Source of the DNA: an uncultured Lentisphaerales bacterium
Lineage (GTDB): Bacteria > Verrucomicrobiota > Kiritimatiellia > RFP12 > UBA3636
Length of the DNA: 64,000 nucleotides
NCBI GenBank assembly: GCA_964405775.1
Contig: CAYOPG010000001.1
Span: forward strand, 4,276-68,275
Direction: 5' to 3'
Part shown: positions 49,592-59,845 of the stretch, piece after piece
Layout: each line of letters opens with the position of its first letter
How positions within the stretch are numbered: position 1 is the stretch's first letter
Made by a program: the position numbers and the translations under genes
The notes under the pieces: model-generated
What the model was told of the DNA's origin: nothing
Databases searched by the model: none
The model's input: the letters and a program-made list of their open reading frames with translations, nothing else

Positions 49592-50632
49592 CTACAAAAA
49601 GCGTTGAAGGGCAAGCTCGGCGATGTTTATCCTAACCTCCTGTGCCTTGTCGTGGTCGCCTGTGCTGCGGTATGTTAAGACGATCACATATAGTTGCTTC
49701 TCAGGGTCAATCCAAACGGTGTTTCCAGTCCATCCGGTGTGGCTAAGAGTGCGGCTGGAAAGCGAGGGGGCATTGTATCTGGAGTCCACACGCCATCCGA
49801 AAGCGACTGGCGAACGCATGTCAGGACGCGTTCCGAGAAAATCAACAACGTCCTCCGATAGGATGCGCCTTCCATCATATTCGCCTCTTGCCAGCATCAT
49901 TCGGCAGAAAACAGTTATGTCAGCGGCTGTCGAAAAAAGCCCGGCATTCCCTACAGGATGCAGAGCGTTACGTGCGGGAGGATCGCTGGCAATACCGAAT
50001 GTGTCATACTCGGAGTAACGTATCACTCGCGAAGGATCGGGATTTGGAAGCGGCGCCCAGCGCGAGTCTGTCATTCCAAGAGGGCTGAAAATGTTTTCGA
50101 CGCAAATCGAGTTCAGATCCGAGCCTAGAATCCGCTCGGCGATGATCCCAAGCAGGATGTAGTTGCCGCAAGAGTATTCGTACATTTCGCCAACAGGCCG
50201 AATGGGACCGAAATCAAGTATGCGCTCGACAACCTCTCCGACAACGTCGTATGGTTTCTGGTTTGGGAAGCCGGAGATATGGCGAGAGAGGTCGCGGATG
50301 GTAACAGGCTCCCTCAGCTTCCCCCTGTAATCAGGAAGATATTTTGTAAACGGGGCGTCAGGATCCAGAAGGCCGCGCCCCATGCACTGCGCTAGGACCG
50401 TGGTAGTACCAACGACTTTTGTTACGCTTGCCAAATCGAAAATGGCGTTAGCGGGCATCCTCACGGTATGTACGGCATCTATCCATCCGAAAGGTTTTAT
50501 AAAGCTCGTCCCTTCGGACGTACCGACTGCCAGCACACCTCCGGCGTTCCATCCCTCCATGACAGTCCGATCCAAGTATTCATCAAGCGCGCTCTTTCCA
50601 CCACGATTCTCGAGTTCAATAGTTCCCGACAT
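49592..50632 (-). CDS. serine hydrolase, beta-lactamase class C / PBP4-like family
   Basis: SxxK motif SVTK. YSC and HTG motifs (YEYSCGNY, LSHTGWTGN). Start at ATG 50632 with AGGGGG RBS. Confidence 0.8.
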   Translation of the reverse strand: MSGTIELENRGGKSALDEYLDRTVMEGWNAGGVLAVGTSEGTSFIKPFGWIDAVHTVRMPANAIFDLASVTKVVGTTTVLAQCMGRGLLDPDAPFTKYLPDYRGKLREPVTIRDLSRHISGFPNQKPYDVVGEVVERILDFGPIRPVGEMYEYSCGNYILLGIIAERILGSDLNSICVENIFSPLGMTDSRWAPLPNPDPSRVIRYSEYDTFGIASDPPARNALHPVGNAGLFSTAADITVFCRMMLARGEYDGRRILSEDVVDFLGTRPDMRSPVAFGWRVDSRYNAPSLSSRTLSHTGWTGNTVWIDPEKQLYVIVLTYRSTGDHDKAQEVRINIAELALQRFL

Positions 50633-50764
50633 ACAATCCCCCCTGTTATAAAATTTTAACTTTGAGCATAGATGATAAGCTAATAACACCCTCTGGGGAA
50701 GTACAAATAATTGGGATATCCCACTGGGAATTCAGAAACAAACCACTGAACATTCAGACGCATA

Positions 50765-51091
50765 CTATCGCATAGAAAAATAAGCAACAGAAGCACGGCC
50801 ATCAACTAAAAGCTCCACACCCCATTTTATTGAAAAGAGCGTGCCTTCGTAGGTATAAGGTTTACCCGGTAATTGGAACTCAAACCGTTCTTCATCTTCG
50901 GTGCTTGTGGAAGGTATCTCTCGTGAATCGGCGACATAAGCATCGTCGACCCCACCACCGACCACCTGCCAGAAAAGCCGGATTTCAACTTCACGCGGCG
51001 GCTCGACTCTTTTCCAAGCGACTCGACCAGACACACTGCCACCTGGTGCGCATGTGGCACTGTCTAAAACCACTTCGTACACTGTGTTCAT
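50765..51091 (-). CDS. small hypothetical beta-sandwich protein, paralogous to the C-terminal domain of the upstream DUF3592 membrane protein
   Basis: 108 aa. FEFQLPGKPYTYEGTLFSIKWGVELLV resembles LEVKLPPDAMHSFESAHASIQWRLKVVG in the upstream gene. Its ATG overlaps the upstream stop (ATGA). Confidence 0.5.
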   Translation of the reverse strand: MNTVYEVVLDSATCAPGGSVSGRVAWKRVEPPREVEIRLFWQVVGGGVDDAYVADSREIPSTSTEDEERFEFQLPGKPYTYEGTLFSIKWGVELLVDGRASVAYFSMR

Positions 51092-52803
51092 AACCAGTCT
51101 CCTTTGGACGGATGAACGCTAAGCAAATATTCGTCTTTTATGCCCGGCCAAAAGGGGATCTGCCCCACCACTTTGAGGCGCCATTGTATCGACGCGTGAG
51201 CGCTTTCAAACGAATGCATAGCATCGGGAGGAAGTTTAACCTCCAGTTCGCCGCGCGTCATGTCGTGTGGGTTAGACGTCTCTACCAGCGTCGCAGTAAA
51301 AAATTCGTGCTCTTCCGAGCTGTCCAAATCTCCATCACTCACAGATATTGTCTCCACTCCGTGCAGGGTGACCTTCAGAGAAATGACACGGTGCATAGAG
51401 CCAGTTGCACGGAAACGCAACCTGATTGGCTTATCCAGACTAAAGTTGCCGCTGTCGGGGATTACTTCGATTTTGGGGTTTAAAATACGGAGAAACTCCT
51501 TCAACAGTACACCAATAGCAACAAGGCCAACGACGACAAATGGAATAAGAAATATAATTAACACCCACTCGGGGCGCCCTTCTTTTATACTAGACCAGGC
51601 TTTGAACACGAAAATGGATAAAATGCCATTCCATAAAAACGCGAATATCATTGCTCCGAAAATTTGCCGAGTGGTAGTTTTCTTTATCGGTGGCACTGGA
51701 CGGCCATTCCTCCCACTTTTATTTTTTCTGCTCCTGTCGAATGCGGCAGCAGGCGTATTCCTCATCATCAAACCAGCTATGAATATAGCGGAGCCTACCC
51801 CGATAAAGATAAATGGGAAAAGAATGGAAATAATAGCGCTCCACTCCGCGTCACGGTTTATTACGCTCCGCTCGGGATTTTGAGGGTCAACGAAAATCTT
51901 GATTTCACGTCCAACTGGATGCGCCCTAACGACCTCAGCTTTCCCGTCGTAGCCGCTGCTGGAAACTTTGAAGAAAACATATTTGTCACCCTCGCAGGTT
52001 TTACCATTGAAATCATACGAATAGGCTATGTAGGGATAATAAGTAGTGCTGTCGTTGTCACTGTTTTCCCTAACAGCGCTTGCCGTTACGACGGCCGGGG
52101 TTTCGACCCAAGACGCTGAAGCCCACCATTCTTGCAACGGAGGTAGAGACTGCGATAACACGCCAATGCCGGCGGCAACAAAAACGCCCCCGAAAATGAT
52201 CATTACCACCTTACCCAGACGCTTTGAAGAGATGTCTTTTTGAGTGGGCGACTCGAAACCAACAGCCCGCTTTTTTCTTGAACGCGACACCCAGGGGCCA
52301 AACGCGACACCAAGCCCTATGACAACAAACGGCACCATAAAGAGTAGCTCGAGCCAGGGTAAAGAGCCAGAGCCTCGGGTCAACACAGCCATTGACGGAT
52401 TCTGCGGGCTGACGTAACAAGTCGTTGCTTTCCCTTCTGGATAGCTCTCGAGCAACTTATTCTTTTCAGCAACAGAATCGACACTGTACGAGCGCAAATT
52501 TCGGCTGTATTGATTGCCCGTGTAATTGCGCCCGCCAAACTGGTAACTGAAATTAGCAGAAAATGAATATTCTCCATCTCTGGAAGTCTCTACGCGAGAT
52601 TTTTCAATCGTGCAGGGAGTCGGCACCCATTGAAGGATTTCTCTGTCAGCCAGATGGTCTTTAACCACGAATGAGCCCATGACAACTGCAAACGAAGCGA
52701 AAATGATTCCGAACACTGTTGTTCCCAGCAAAGAGCCAATTGACGGCACTGAGTTTGAGTTTTTCCGCCTATTTCTAGAGATATGTACTCTTCTGCGCCT
52801 CAT
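51088..52803 (-). CDS. polytopic membrane protein with two DUF3592-like modules and a C-terminal beta-sandwich domain
   Basis: 571 aa, ~6 TM. Two TM-flanked domains match the DUF3592 pattern (e.g. PAVVTASAVRENSDNDSTTYYPYIAYSYDFNGKTCEGDKYVFFKVSSSGYDGKAEVVRAHPVGREIKIFVDPQNPERSVI). Confidence 0.65.
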   Translation of the reverse strand: MRRRRVHISRNRRKNSNSVPSIGSLLGTTVFGIIFASFAVVMGSFVVKDHLADREILQWVPTPCTIEKSRVETSRDGEYSFSANFSYQFGGRNYTGNQYSRNLRSYSVDSVAEKNKLLESYPEGKATTCYVSPQNPSMAVLTRGSGSLPWLELLFMVPFVVIGLGVAFGPWVSRSRKKRAVGFESPTQKDISSKRLGKVVMIIFGGVFVAAGIGVLSQSLPPLQEWWASASWVETPAVVTASAVRENSDNDSTTYYPYIAYSYDFNGKTCEGDKYVFFKVSSSGYDGKAEVVRAHPVGREIKIFVDPQNPERSVINRDAEWSAIISILFPFIFIGVGSAIFIAGLMMRNTPAAAFDRSRKNKSGRNGRPVPPIKKTTTRQIFGAMIFAFLWNGILSIFVFKAWSSIKEGRPEWVLIIFLIPFVVVGLVAIGVLLKEFLRILNPKIEVIPDSGNFSLDKPIRLRFRATGSMHRVISLKVTLHGVETISVSDGDLDSSEEHEFFTATLVETSNPHDMTRGELEVKLPPDAMHSFESAHASIQWRLKVVGQIPFWPGIKDEYLLSVHPSKGDWL

Positions 52804-53112
52804 GCTATTACTTTATGCGAGTTAAAAGTTTCGGCTATACCCGTTCTTCCATGCTAAAACGTATCATTTTGTACTACTTTTCGCAAGATAAACCCGTTCC
52901 GCGCGACAGCGAAAGAAAAGTTTTTTTTGCGTCACATGAACCAAATGAGCTCTTAAGCCGTTTTATGATTTGACGGCCTCATTTGTGCCGTTGATGCGTG
53001 GCGGCGTGTCGCGCATGGATATTATCGGTAAGAATGGCGGTTTTGTTTGAATATATCTGGTTTTGTTTCCGCAACGGCGCATAGCACCGCAAGTAAGGCT
53101 TTTTGGAATTTG

Positions 53113-53718
53113 ATGGAATACGGAGGGCCAGTGATGTGGCCACTGCTCATGTGTTCAGTATTGGTTGTAGCAGTGGTTCTGGAGCGGGCATGGGTTTTTA
53201 TCGCGTTCACTTTGGCAGAGTGGCGTTCTCGGAGTCGCATAGAAGCGTTTCATAAAGCGCTCAACTGTGGTGACTTGAAAGCTGCGATTGAAATAGGCAA
53301 GAACTCCGGACCGATCGGAAACTTTTTATCGCAGGGGGTTGAGCTCAGGCAAAACGGAATCCATGATGGACTTGAGGAAAGCGGGCAGCAGCTCCTGGAT
53401 CGACTAGGCAGAGGGCTTACAGTACTTGACACTATCGTTACGCTAGCCCCCATGCTTGGTATACTCGGCACAGTGACTGGCATAATTGATTCATTCCAAC
53501 TTATGGGCGCGGCGAAAGGAGTGCAAGGCATTGAGGCCGTGTCTTCAGGAATCGCGGAAGCCCTTGTAACAACTGCGGCGGGCTTGGTGGTTTCGATGAT
53601 CGCGCTCGTGCCCTTTAACATCTTCAAGACGCTCCATACGCGATGGTTGCGCAAGCTGGAGCGGGCTGCACGCTGTTGCGAGGCGGCTTGCATGAAGGAG
53701 GACGGTGTTGAAGCTTAA
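53113..53718 (+). CDS. exbB: MotA/TolQ/ExbB proton-channel family
   Basis: 3 TM. C-terminal IAEALVTTAAGLVVSMIALVPFNIF signature. ATG at 53113; the ORF-track TTG start at 53047 is less likely. Confidence 0.85.
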   Translation: MEYGGPVMWPLLMCSVLVVAVVLERAWVFIAFTLAEWRSRSRIEAFHKALNCGDLKAAIEIGKNSGPIGNFLSQGVELRQNGIHDGLEESGQQLLDRLGRGLTVLDTIVTLAPMLGILGTVTGIIDSFQLMGAAKGVQGIEAVSSGIAEALVTTAAGLVVSMIALVPFNIFKTLHTRWLRKLERAARCCEAACMKEDGVEA

Positions 53719-54109
53719 ATCGAAGTACGAAGGCGAATCAGCTAGAATGGAAATGACGCCGCTGATGGACGTAGTATTCCTGTTGCTCGTTTTTTTCGTA
53801 TATGCCATAGTAGTTACACCCTCACAACAAGCAATTGGCATCTCACTGCCTGAAGCCAAAGCTGAAAGCTCTGGATGCGAGTACATTGAATTTTTAATGA
53901 CCGCTGATGGCACCATATTGTTTGACGAGAGGGAAATAGGTGAAGAAGAAATTACCACGCTCGTTGCGCTGCATGCTCCCGGGACTCCGGTTCTAATCAG
54001 TGCCGACGAAACCGTGGCAATCGGACGTGGTCTTGCACTTCTCGGCGAAATGCGTGAAGCCGGAATAACCGAAGTGGCTTTTCAAACTAAACCCCAGACT
54101 GAAAAATAG
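53705..54109 (+). CDS. exbD: ExbD/TolR biopolymer transport protein
   Basis: MTPLMDVVFLLLVFF TM, periplasmic domain. Overlaps exbB. Confidence 0.85.
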   Translation: MLKLKSKYEGESARMEMTPLMDVVFLLLVFFVYAIVVTPSQQAIGISLPEAKAESSGCEYIEFLMTADGTILFDEREIGEEEITTLVALHAPGTPVLISADETVAIGRGLALLGEMREAGITEVAFQTKPQTEK

Positions 54110-54120
54110 GGTGGCATTAC

Positions 54121-54870
54121 ATGATGTTCGATGGCTCCAGCCCGACGACATGCAAATTCGCGGCCTTGCTCTTAGCGGGCGGAATACATTTGCTAGCATT
54201 CAGTCTGGCAGATTTTGATATTTCCATGCCGGCAATCCCCCAACCCACCGTGACTCGTATGATTCTGCTGCCACCTGCACCTGTGCCTGCACCACCTGCA
54301 GTTGAGCCTGCCAAGATTGAATCACCCCCCGCCCCCATTACCCCTGAGCCACAAACTCTTCTTCAGGAGGAGCCGTCGCCAGTAGAATTGCCGGACGAAG
54401 GTTCAGAGGATGAATCAGAACCGATACAAGAAACCGCTGAGGAACAACGACCAGAAGAGATAGTATCTGAGGAATCTCCACCGGCACCGCAGGAAGTTGT
54501 TCAGGAACCAGCAACCATACCGGTATCGCCCGAAGTCTCAGAATCGGCTCAGCCCGTAGCCATTGAAGCACCAGAAGACTCCGACGGGAAATTTGATGTC
54601 GCGCCTGCTGTTTATAGCAGGATCAAACCTGAGTATCCGCTTTCGGCAAGACAAGCAAAAGTCGAAGGCGATGTGGGTTGCGAGCTGTTGGTTTCAAAGC
54701 GTGGCAGAGTCCTTGAAGCAGCTGTCGTATCAAGTAGCGGACACAAAGAAATCGACGATGCTGCGGTAAAAGCCCTTCGTGCAGCGCGTTTTTCACCGGC
54801 TACAAAACGCGGAAGACCTGTCGAAGCGCGTGTCCGTCTTGTGGTTGAATTCAACCTTTCCGCAAACTGA
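54121..54870 (+). CDS. tonB: energy transducer TonB
   Basis: N-terminal TM. Pro-rich spacer (PPAPVPAPPAVEPA...). C-terminal TonB domain (YPLSARQAKVEGDVGCELLVSKRGRV...RFSPATKRGRPVEARV). Confidence 0.8.
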   Translation: MMFDGSSPTTCKFAALLLAGGIHLLAFSLADFDISMPAIPQPTVTRMILLPPAPVPAPPAVEPAKIESPPAPITPEPQTLLQEEPSPVELPDEGSEDESEPIQETAEEQRPEEIVSEESPPAPQEVVQEPATIPVSPEVSESAQPVAIEAPEDSDGKFDVAPAVYSRIKPEYPLSARQAKVEGDVGCELLVSKRGRVLEAAVVSSSGHKEIDDAAVKALRAARFSPATKRGRPVEARVRLVVEFNLSAN

Positions 54871-54891
54871 ACACGCGTCCTAGATAAATGT

Positions 54892-57015
54892 TTAGAAACG
54901 GCCTCGCAACGCTATTTCCACTGTTCGAGGTTCTCCGGTAAAGCACTGGTAGTAGTGGCGGTTCGATTCGAAGTATTCTTCGTTGAAAGCGTTTTTAAGC
55001 GCAAGTTGCAGTGTCCAGTCTCCCGACAAACCAAACTTTGACATGGGCGCTTGCACAGAGAAATCAAACACGTGCACGTCATCGAAGTAGTAGTCGGAAC
55101 TGACATATTCTCCACGCATGGTACCATCGTAGCCATGCTTGAAGCGATACCCAGCCCCAAGCGTCAGTCCATTCAGCAAGCCGCCTGGGATACTATATGT
55201 TGTCTGCAAAGATATTGAGTGCGGCGGGTAAGGGTCGAAAGCCTTTCCGCCGGACACAGGTTTGGCGTCGTTGTAGGAATAACCGAATGACAACGACCAG
55301 TTTTCAGAAACATTTCCAGATAGCGTCGCTTCCACTCCGCGGTTGTCGGAGCGCCCTTCAGTTACGTAATAACCGGTCGAGTCGTCATAGCTTGGTGTAT
55401 CGTTCTGCTTGATTTCATAGACAGTCAGCGTCAGCCATAAAGTTTCCACCGGACTGATACGAACGCCGGTTTCGTACTGCTCCGCATTCCACGATGAAGT
55501 CAATTCCTCCGTTTTACTTTTCATGTGCCCGAAATTTGGCGACTCTGTGCGTGAGTAATTCGCAAAAAAGGCAAGCCACTGGGCTGGCAGTATGGAGACG
55601 CCCACGCGCGGACTCACGGCATCTCCGGAATTGCCCAGGTTGCTCTCATGTTCATCGTAGCGAACTCCTCCAATCAGACGTAGAATCCCAACCTCCACAT
55701 AATCTTGCGCAAGAATGCCAAAACGATCGAGTTCAGAGTCTATGAAATCGCCTTTCGGTAGCGGGCTGAATAAGTTTGGCGCTAGCAGCACGGCATTGGC
55801 ACTGCGTGAATGCGTATTCATCCGCAAGGCATCGACTTGGAAAAGCGTAGTGTGAGACGCGCCAAAAGCGTCATAACGAGCTATTGAACGACCATACAAA
55901 TTGTAGTTTTCGCTGGTTGTATCCCTCCAGTTCAGATCGAACTCCTTGACGGATGGCACGCCAGACTGATTCGCATATGTCGATGAGCCTATGTGATCAA
56001 ACTCCATGTCGGAACCGGCAAACCCTGCGCCGCCGCGAAACTGCCAAACGTCCGTTGCATCCCACTCGATGTATCCTTGCAAACTATAGCCTGTGTACTC
56101 GTCACGTAGATCATGGTCTCCAGCAACATAGCTGTCCCAATTGTAAGGCGGCAGCGGTTTGCCTCGAAACGACGGCACCCCTTGATATCCTGGCGCATCG
56201 GTAAACTGGAGCGTGGAGCTAAGGCTTATGCGCAGATCGTCCGAGGGCTCCCAGTATAGCGATGGAGCTGCAAAGACGGTATGTGCCCAGTCGTGTCCCG
56301 AAGGCAGCCAAAACGGTTTTGAAAGACTGATTCCAAGAGGAATCCGAACTCCTAGCGATTCTGAACCAGACGCGTGTACATCTGCGTTCATCCGATATTG
56401 CTGTGACTCGCTCCCAACAGAGGTCCTGATGTCAACATCAGTAAACTCTTCCCCAAGTCTAGGTTGCTTCTGAACAAGGCTTATTGCGCCACCGGCGCCA
56501 TAAGGCCCCAATGTGGAAGTCTGCCCGCCTTGAACCGCCCCGATTGGCCCCTTAGAGATTTCGACGCGCTCCAACATGCCGGGATCCAAAAACATACCCA
56601 TGGATCCTGTCATTGGAAGCGTCCCATCAAGCGAAGGAGTGGAGCCGGCCATGCCGCGTATGGAGTACTGTCCGGAAGTGCGATCCATCATTGACTTCCC
56701 GCCACCAGACAACCCTGGCTGAAAAAACAATAATTCATGCAGATCAACAGGATTTTGCTCCCTAATGAAGTCGGTCGTGATAACATCAACGCTTACCGGA
56801 AATTCCGTCGGCGGAACATTGAAATAAGTTGAGGATGACACTTCGTCCACATGGTATTTTGATATTGGAGAGGCCTCCACATAAATGGTTCCCAGATCGT
56901 GCACCTCGTTGGTTGAAGCAATCCCGCAAAGCGGAAATGCAAGCATAAGCGGGGTTATGAGTTTTAATTGTATTTTCATATAGTCGTTGTTGCTGTTGGT
57001 ATTTACTGAACTCAT
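54892..57015 (-). CDS. TonB-dependent outer-membrane receptor
   Basis: Signal peptide (MKIQLKLITPLMLAFPLCGIAS if the start is 56979). Plug domain. 22-strand barrel. Terminal ...ALRGRF. Confidence 0.85.
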   Translation of the reverse strand: MSSVNTNSNNDYMKIQLKLITPLMLAFPLCGIASTNEVHDLGTIYVEASPISKYHVDEVSSSTYFNVPPTEFPVSVDVITTDFIREQNPVDLHELLFFQPGLSGGGKSMMDRTSGQYSIRGMAGSTPSLDGTLPMTGSMGMFLDPGMLERVEISKGPIGAVQGGQTSTLGPYGAGGAISLVQKQPRLGEEFTDVDIRTSVGSESQQYRMNADVHASGSESLGVRIPLGISLSKPFWLPSGHDWAHTVFAAPSLYWEPSDDLRISLSSTLQFTDAPGYQGVPSFRGKPLPPYNWDSYVAGDHDLRDEYTGYSLQGYIEWDATDVWQFRGGAGFAGSDMEFDHIGSSTYANQSGVPSVKEFDLNWRDTTSENYNLYGRSIARYDAFGASHTTLFQVDALRMNTHSRSANAVLLAPNLFSPLPKGDFIDSELDRFGILAQDYVEVGILRLIGGVRYDEHESNLGNSGDAVSPRVGVSILPAQWLAFFANYSRTESPNFGHMKSKTEELTSSWNAEQYETGVRISPVETLWLTLTVYEIKQNDTPSYDDSTGYYVTEGRSDNRGVEATLSGNVSENWSLSFGYSYNDAKPVSGGKAFDPYPPHSISLQTTYSIPGGLLNGLTLGAGYRFKHGYDGTMRGEYVSSDYYFDDVHVFDFSVQAPMSKFGLSGDWTLQLALKNAFNEEYFESNRHYYQCFTGEPRTVEIALRGRF

Positions 57016-57176
57016 ATCTATAAACGTTCACGCCTCGCATCTAGTTCGTGTCATAGAAAGGGGCAACATTGAAACTACGAAACAATTGTCTTTAAACCAA
57101 CAAGAATGTAAGTTGTTAGCAAAACCAACATCGACACTCCGGGTCAGAGTGCTGATTACGTATCTGGGCTCTGATC

Positions 57177-58139
57177 CTATTTCAGGCTTGGATCCTCGTC
57201 TGAACGGAGTATCTCAAGCCTTATATCCATGTCCAACGGGATGCCTGGGTGAAAACGCCGCCTAGCCATTTTGTCGAGCCTCTTCTGACGTGACATAGAA
57301 CGCTCCAAGGCGCTGCGCAACAACTCCACCGGACGCCGCTCAAACATAGGTGCAAGATTGTCAACGTTTGCATCAAGCTTAGGAATCGTGATCTTATATG
57401 TCATCGACACTCCGTCAGTGTATCTTTTGAAATCCAAATCGCAGCGTATGTCCATCCGGCGGATTTTAGCGGAAACAGTTTTTCTCCCGAAAGAGTCCTT
57501 CACCCTGAACTGCACTCGCCCCGTCGCGTATCCTTCTATGCGGCGGAATGTTATTGGCTTGCGCAATTCCCTCTCCGTCAAGCTGGATTCTAACTGCCCG
57601 CCATCGAACCACACCCAAAGCTCTTCATCGTAATGACCTAGAAAGTACCCACGTCTCTTCTGCTTGTTAGTAAATGATCCCTCATAATCAAGAGCTTCAT
57701 TCACATAGTCCGCCGGCAAGCGAACATCAAGCGAAGGCGCAGAGAGTCCAGGGACTATGCGTACCACAAACGGCAACTCCACCAACTCAGCATTATCATC
57801 CATCCGTATCATTGCAGACCCAGACACGGCGTACTGATTCGGGATAAGCCCCGGTGGAAGCAACCACGCCTTCCACCCAAAAAGCTCGTGCGTCAACATC
57901 TCTAGTCGCTCGCGACTGATTGCAACCTCTGCTCCCATCTTAAGCGCCGGGATTTCCTCTTTGCCGACATACGTCAGACGGAACTTAGACGACTCTTTCG
58001 GCACGAGTCTTACGATTGTGAAACGTGTTAAAGAGCCAATAACTCCAGAAAACCACAAAACTATCACAAACACAAAAAGAAACTTAAGTATGTTCCATTT
58101 GCGGCTGTTATGCGGATTCTTGTCTTTGTATTTCTCCAT
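57177..58139 (-). CDS. hypothetical membrane-anchored protein
   Basis: 320 aa. Single N-terminal TM (WNILKFLFVFVIVLWFSGVIGSL). No recognisable domain. Divergent from the ABC-2 operon. Confidence 0.5.
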   Translation of the reverse strand: MEKYKDKNPHNSRKWNILKFLFVFVIVLWFSGVIGSLTRFTIVRLVPKESSKFRLTYVGKEEIPALKMGAEVAISRERLEMLTHELFGWKAWLLPPGLIPNQYAVSGSAMIRMDDNAELVELPFVVRIVPGLSAPSLDVRLPADYVNEALDYEGSFTNKQKRRGYFLGHYDEELWVWFDGGQLESSLTERELRKPITFRRIEGYATGRVQFRVKDSFGRKTVSAKIRRMDIRCDLDFKRYTDGVSMTYKITIPKLDANVDNLAPMFERRPVELLRSALERSMSRQKRLDKMARRRFHPGIPLDMDIRLEILRSDEDPSLK

Positions 58140-58306
58140 AATTCTGCCAATAATGTGTACTTTTGTTCTCTAAAATGCAAGCAGAATATAGATTGCCCTC
58201 AGGGAGGGAAATGTTTTCCCTTCCCCCGCTCTATTTGGGATGAAGCATTGCTTTTTATGATCGTTTTTTGTAGACTGGAGCAATCAATAAACATGGAAGC
58301 AAAGGA

Positions 58307-59062
58307 TTGGGAATGTTCCCTCTTGAACTCGTAAACATCGAAAAATCATTCAGAGGCGTAAGAGTTGTTAACGATTTGTCTCTTACGGTCGCAGAAGGTG
58401 AGATTTTCGGTTTGCTAGGCACCAATGGCGCAGGAAAGACAACCACGATCAAAATACTTCTTGGTTTAACACCTTCTGATTCTGGACGGGCATCGATCTT
58501 TGGCAAGGATCCTCAAAACGCCATTGCACGAAAAAGAATCGGGTACATGCCTGAAACGGCGTATTATTATCCGTTTCTTAGAGCGGACGAACTACTCACC
58601 TTCTATGGACGGCTATGCGGAATGAACAAGCTTGAGATAAAAAAGAGGACTGAGGAGCTTTTGGTGGACGTGGGGCTAGAGAAGGCAGCAGGGAAGCAAC
58701 TCAAGACCTACTCTAAAGGAATGCTGCAGCGTGTAGGCATTGCACAGGCTCTTTTGCATGACCCCGATTTGTTCATACTCGATGAACCGTTCACCGGTCT
58801 TGACCCGCTGGCGAGAATCCACTTTCGCGACTTGATCCTCAGCCTGAAGCGCCGAGGTAAAACGGTGTTTTTTTCATCGCACGAACTTTCTGAAGCGGAA
58901 TTGATTTGCGACCGCGTCGCCATACTCAAGGAAGGGCGTTGCGTCTATGATGGATTGACGTCCGAAATCGCGGGTGATGGCGGGCGCAATCTCGAGCGTA
59001 TTTTTCTTCGAGTTCTCTCAGAGGAAAATGCCGATTCGGGAACCTGGAAAGGCGGAGACTAA
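58307..59062 (+). CDS. ABC transporter ATP-binding protein (ABC-2 subfamily)
   Basis: Walker A GTNGAGKTT. Signature YSKGMLQRV. Walker B LFILDEPFTGLD. Confidence 0.9.
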   Translation: MGMFPLELVNIEKSFRGVRVVNDLSLTVAEGEIFGLLGTNGAGKTTTIKILLGLTPSDSGRASIFGKDPQNAIARKRIGYMPETAYYYPFLRADELLTFYGRLCGMNKLEIKKRTEELLVDVGLEKAAGKQLKTYSKGMLQRVGIAQALLHDPDLFILDEPFTGLDPLARIHFRDLILSLKRRGKTVFFSSHELSEAELICDRVAILKEGRCVYDGLTSEIAGDGGRNLERIFLRVLSEENADSGTWKGGD

Positions 59063-59838
59063 TGATCTGTCGTCAAATCATTGCGCTCATAAAGCTCTCG
59101 TTCCTTGACCTTTATCGCCGCAAGGAACTATTCGTACTTCTTGTTCTGGGCTTGGTATTGATAGCTCCGCTTTCAATGCTCCGCCCTTTTGGCCAAGCTG
59201 GCGCAACCCGTTATATGAACGAGATTGCCATGTTGATGATATGGGTGTTCTCCTTCATAATAGCACTTGGTGCCTCTGCAAGGCTTTACCCGCCTGAGTT
59301 CGAATCGCGCACGATATATCCTCTGCTCGCTAAACCAGTCAGCAGAGGGACAACGCTTTTGGGCAAGTATCTGGGGGCGCTTCTGACGGCGATATCGGCT
59401 CTCGCCATCTTTTACACCCTCTATGCGATCCCGAACGGTATCGTCGGCAACGGATGGTTTCCCCTTATTCTCTGGCAGGCTTTCATACTGCATTGCGGTT
59501 TTGTCGCCATAGTTGTGGCTCTGGGGCTCCTTGGATCACTGCTCGTCACGTCTTCCGCAAACATCACTATCACAACTATTGTCGTGTCGACGATGTTCCT
59601 TTTCGGGCGGCGCCTTCCAGATTACATCGCGACACAGGGAGCCCCTGCCAAATGGATCATCGGTGCAGCGCATGCAATCTGCCCACATGTAGAATTTTTT
59701 GACTTAAGACAGCGCCTAGTGCACTCCTGGGACGTGATATCGTGGCAAGTCTGCGGGCTCGCTCTGGCATACGCTATTTGCTACTCGTCCGCATGTCTCT
59801 GGCTCGCCTGGCTAGCACTGCGCCGGAAAAAACTGTAA
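59062..59838 (+). CDS. ABC-2 family transporter permease
   Basis: 258 aa, ~6 TM. Start overlaps the ATPase stop. Confidence 0.75.
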   Translation: MICRQIIALIKLSFLDLYRRKELFVLLVLGLVLIAPLSMLRPFGQAGATRYMNEIAMLMIWVFSFIIALGASARLYPPEFESRTIYPLLAKPVSRGTTLLGKYLGALLTAISALAIFYTLYAIPNGIVGNGWFPLILWQAFILHCGFVAIVVALGLLGSLLVTSSANITITTIVVSTMFLFGRRLPDYIATQGAPAKWIIGAAHAICPHVEFFDLRQRLVHSWDVISWQVCGLALAYAICYSSACLWLAWLALRRKKL

Positions 59839-59845
59839 AGCGACA

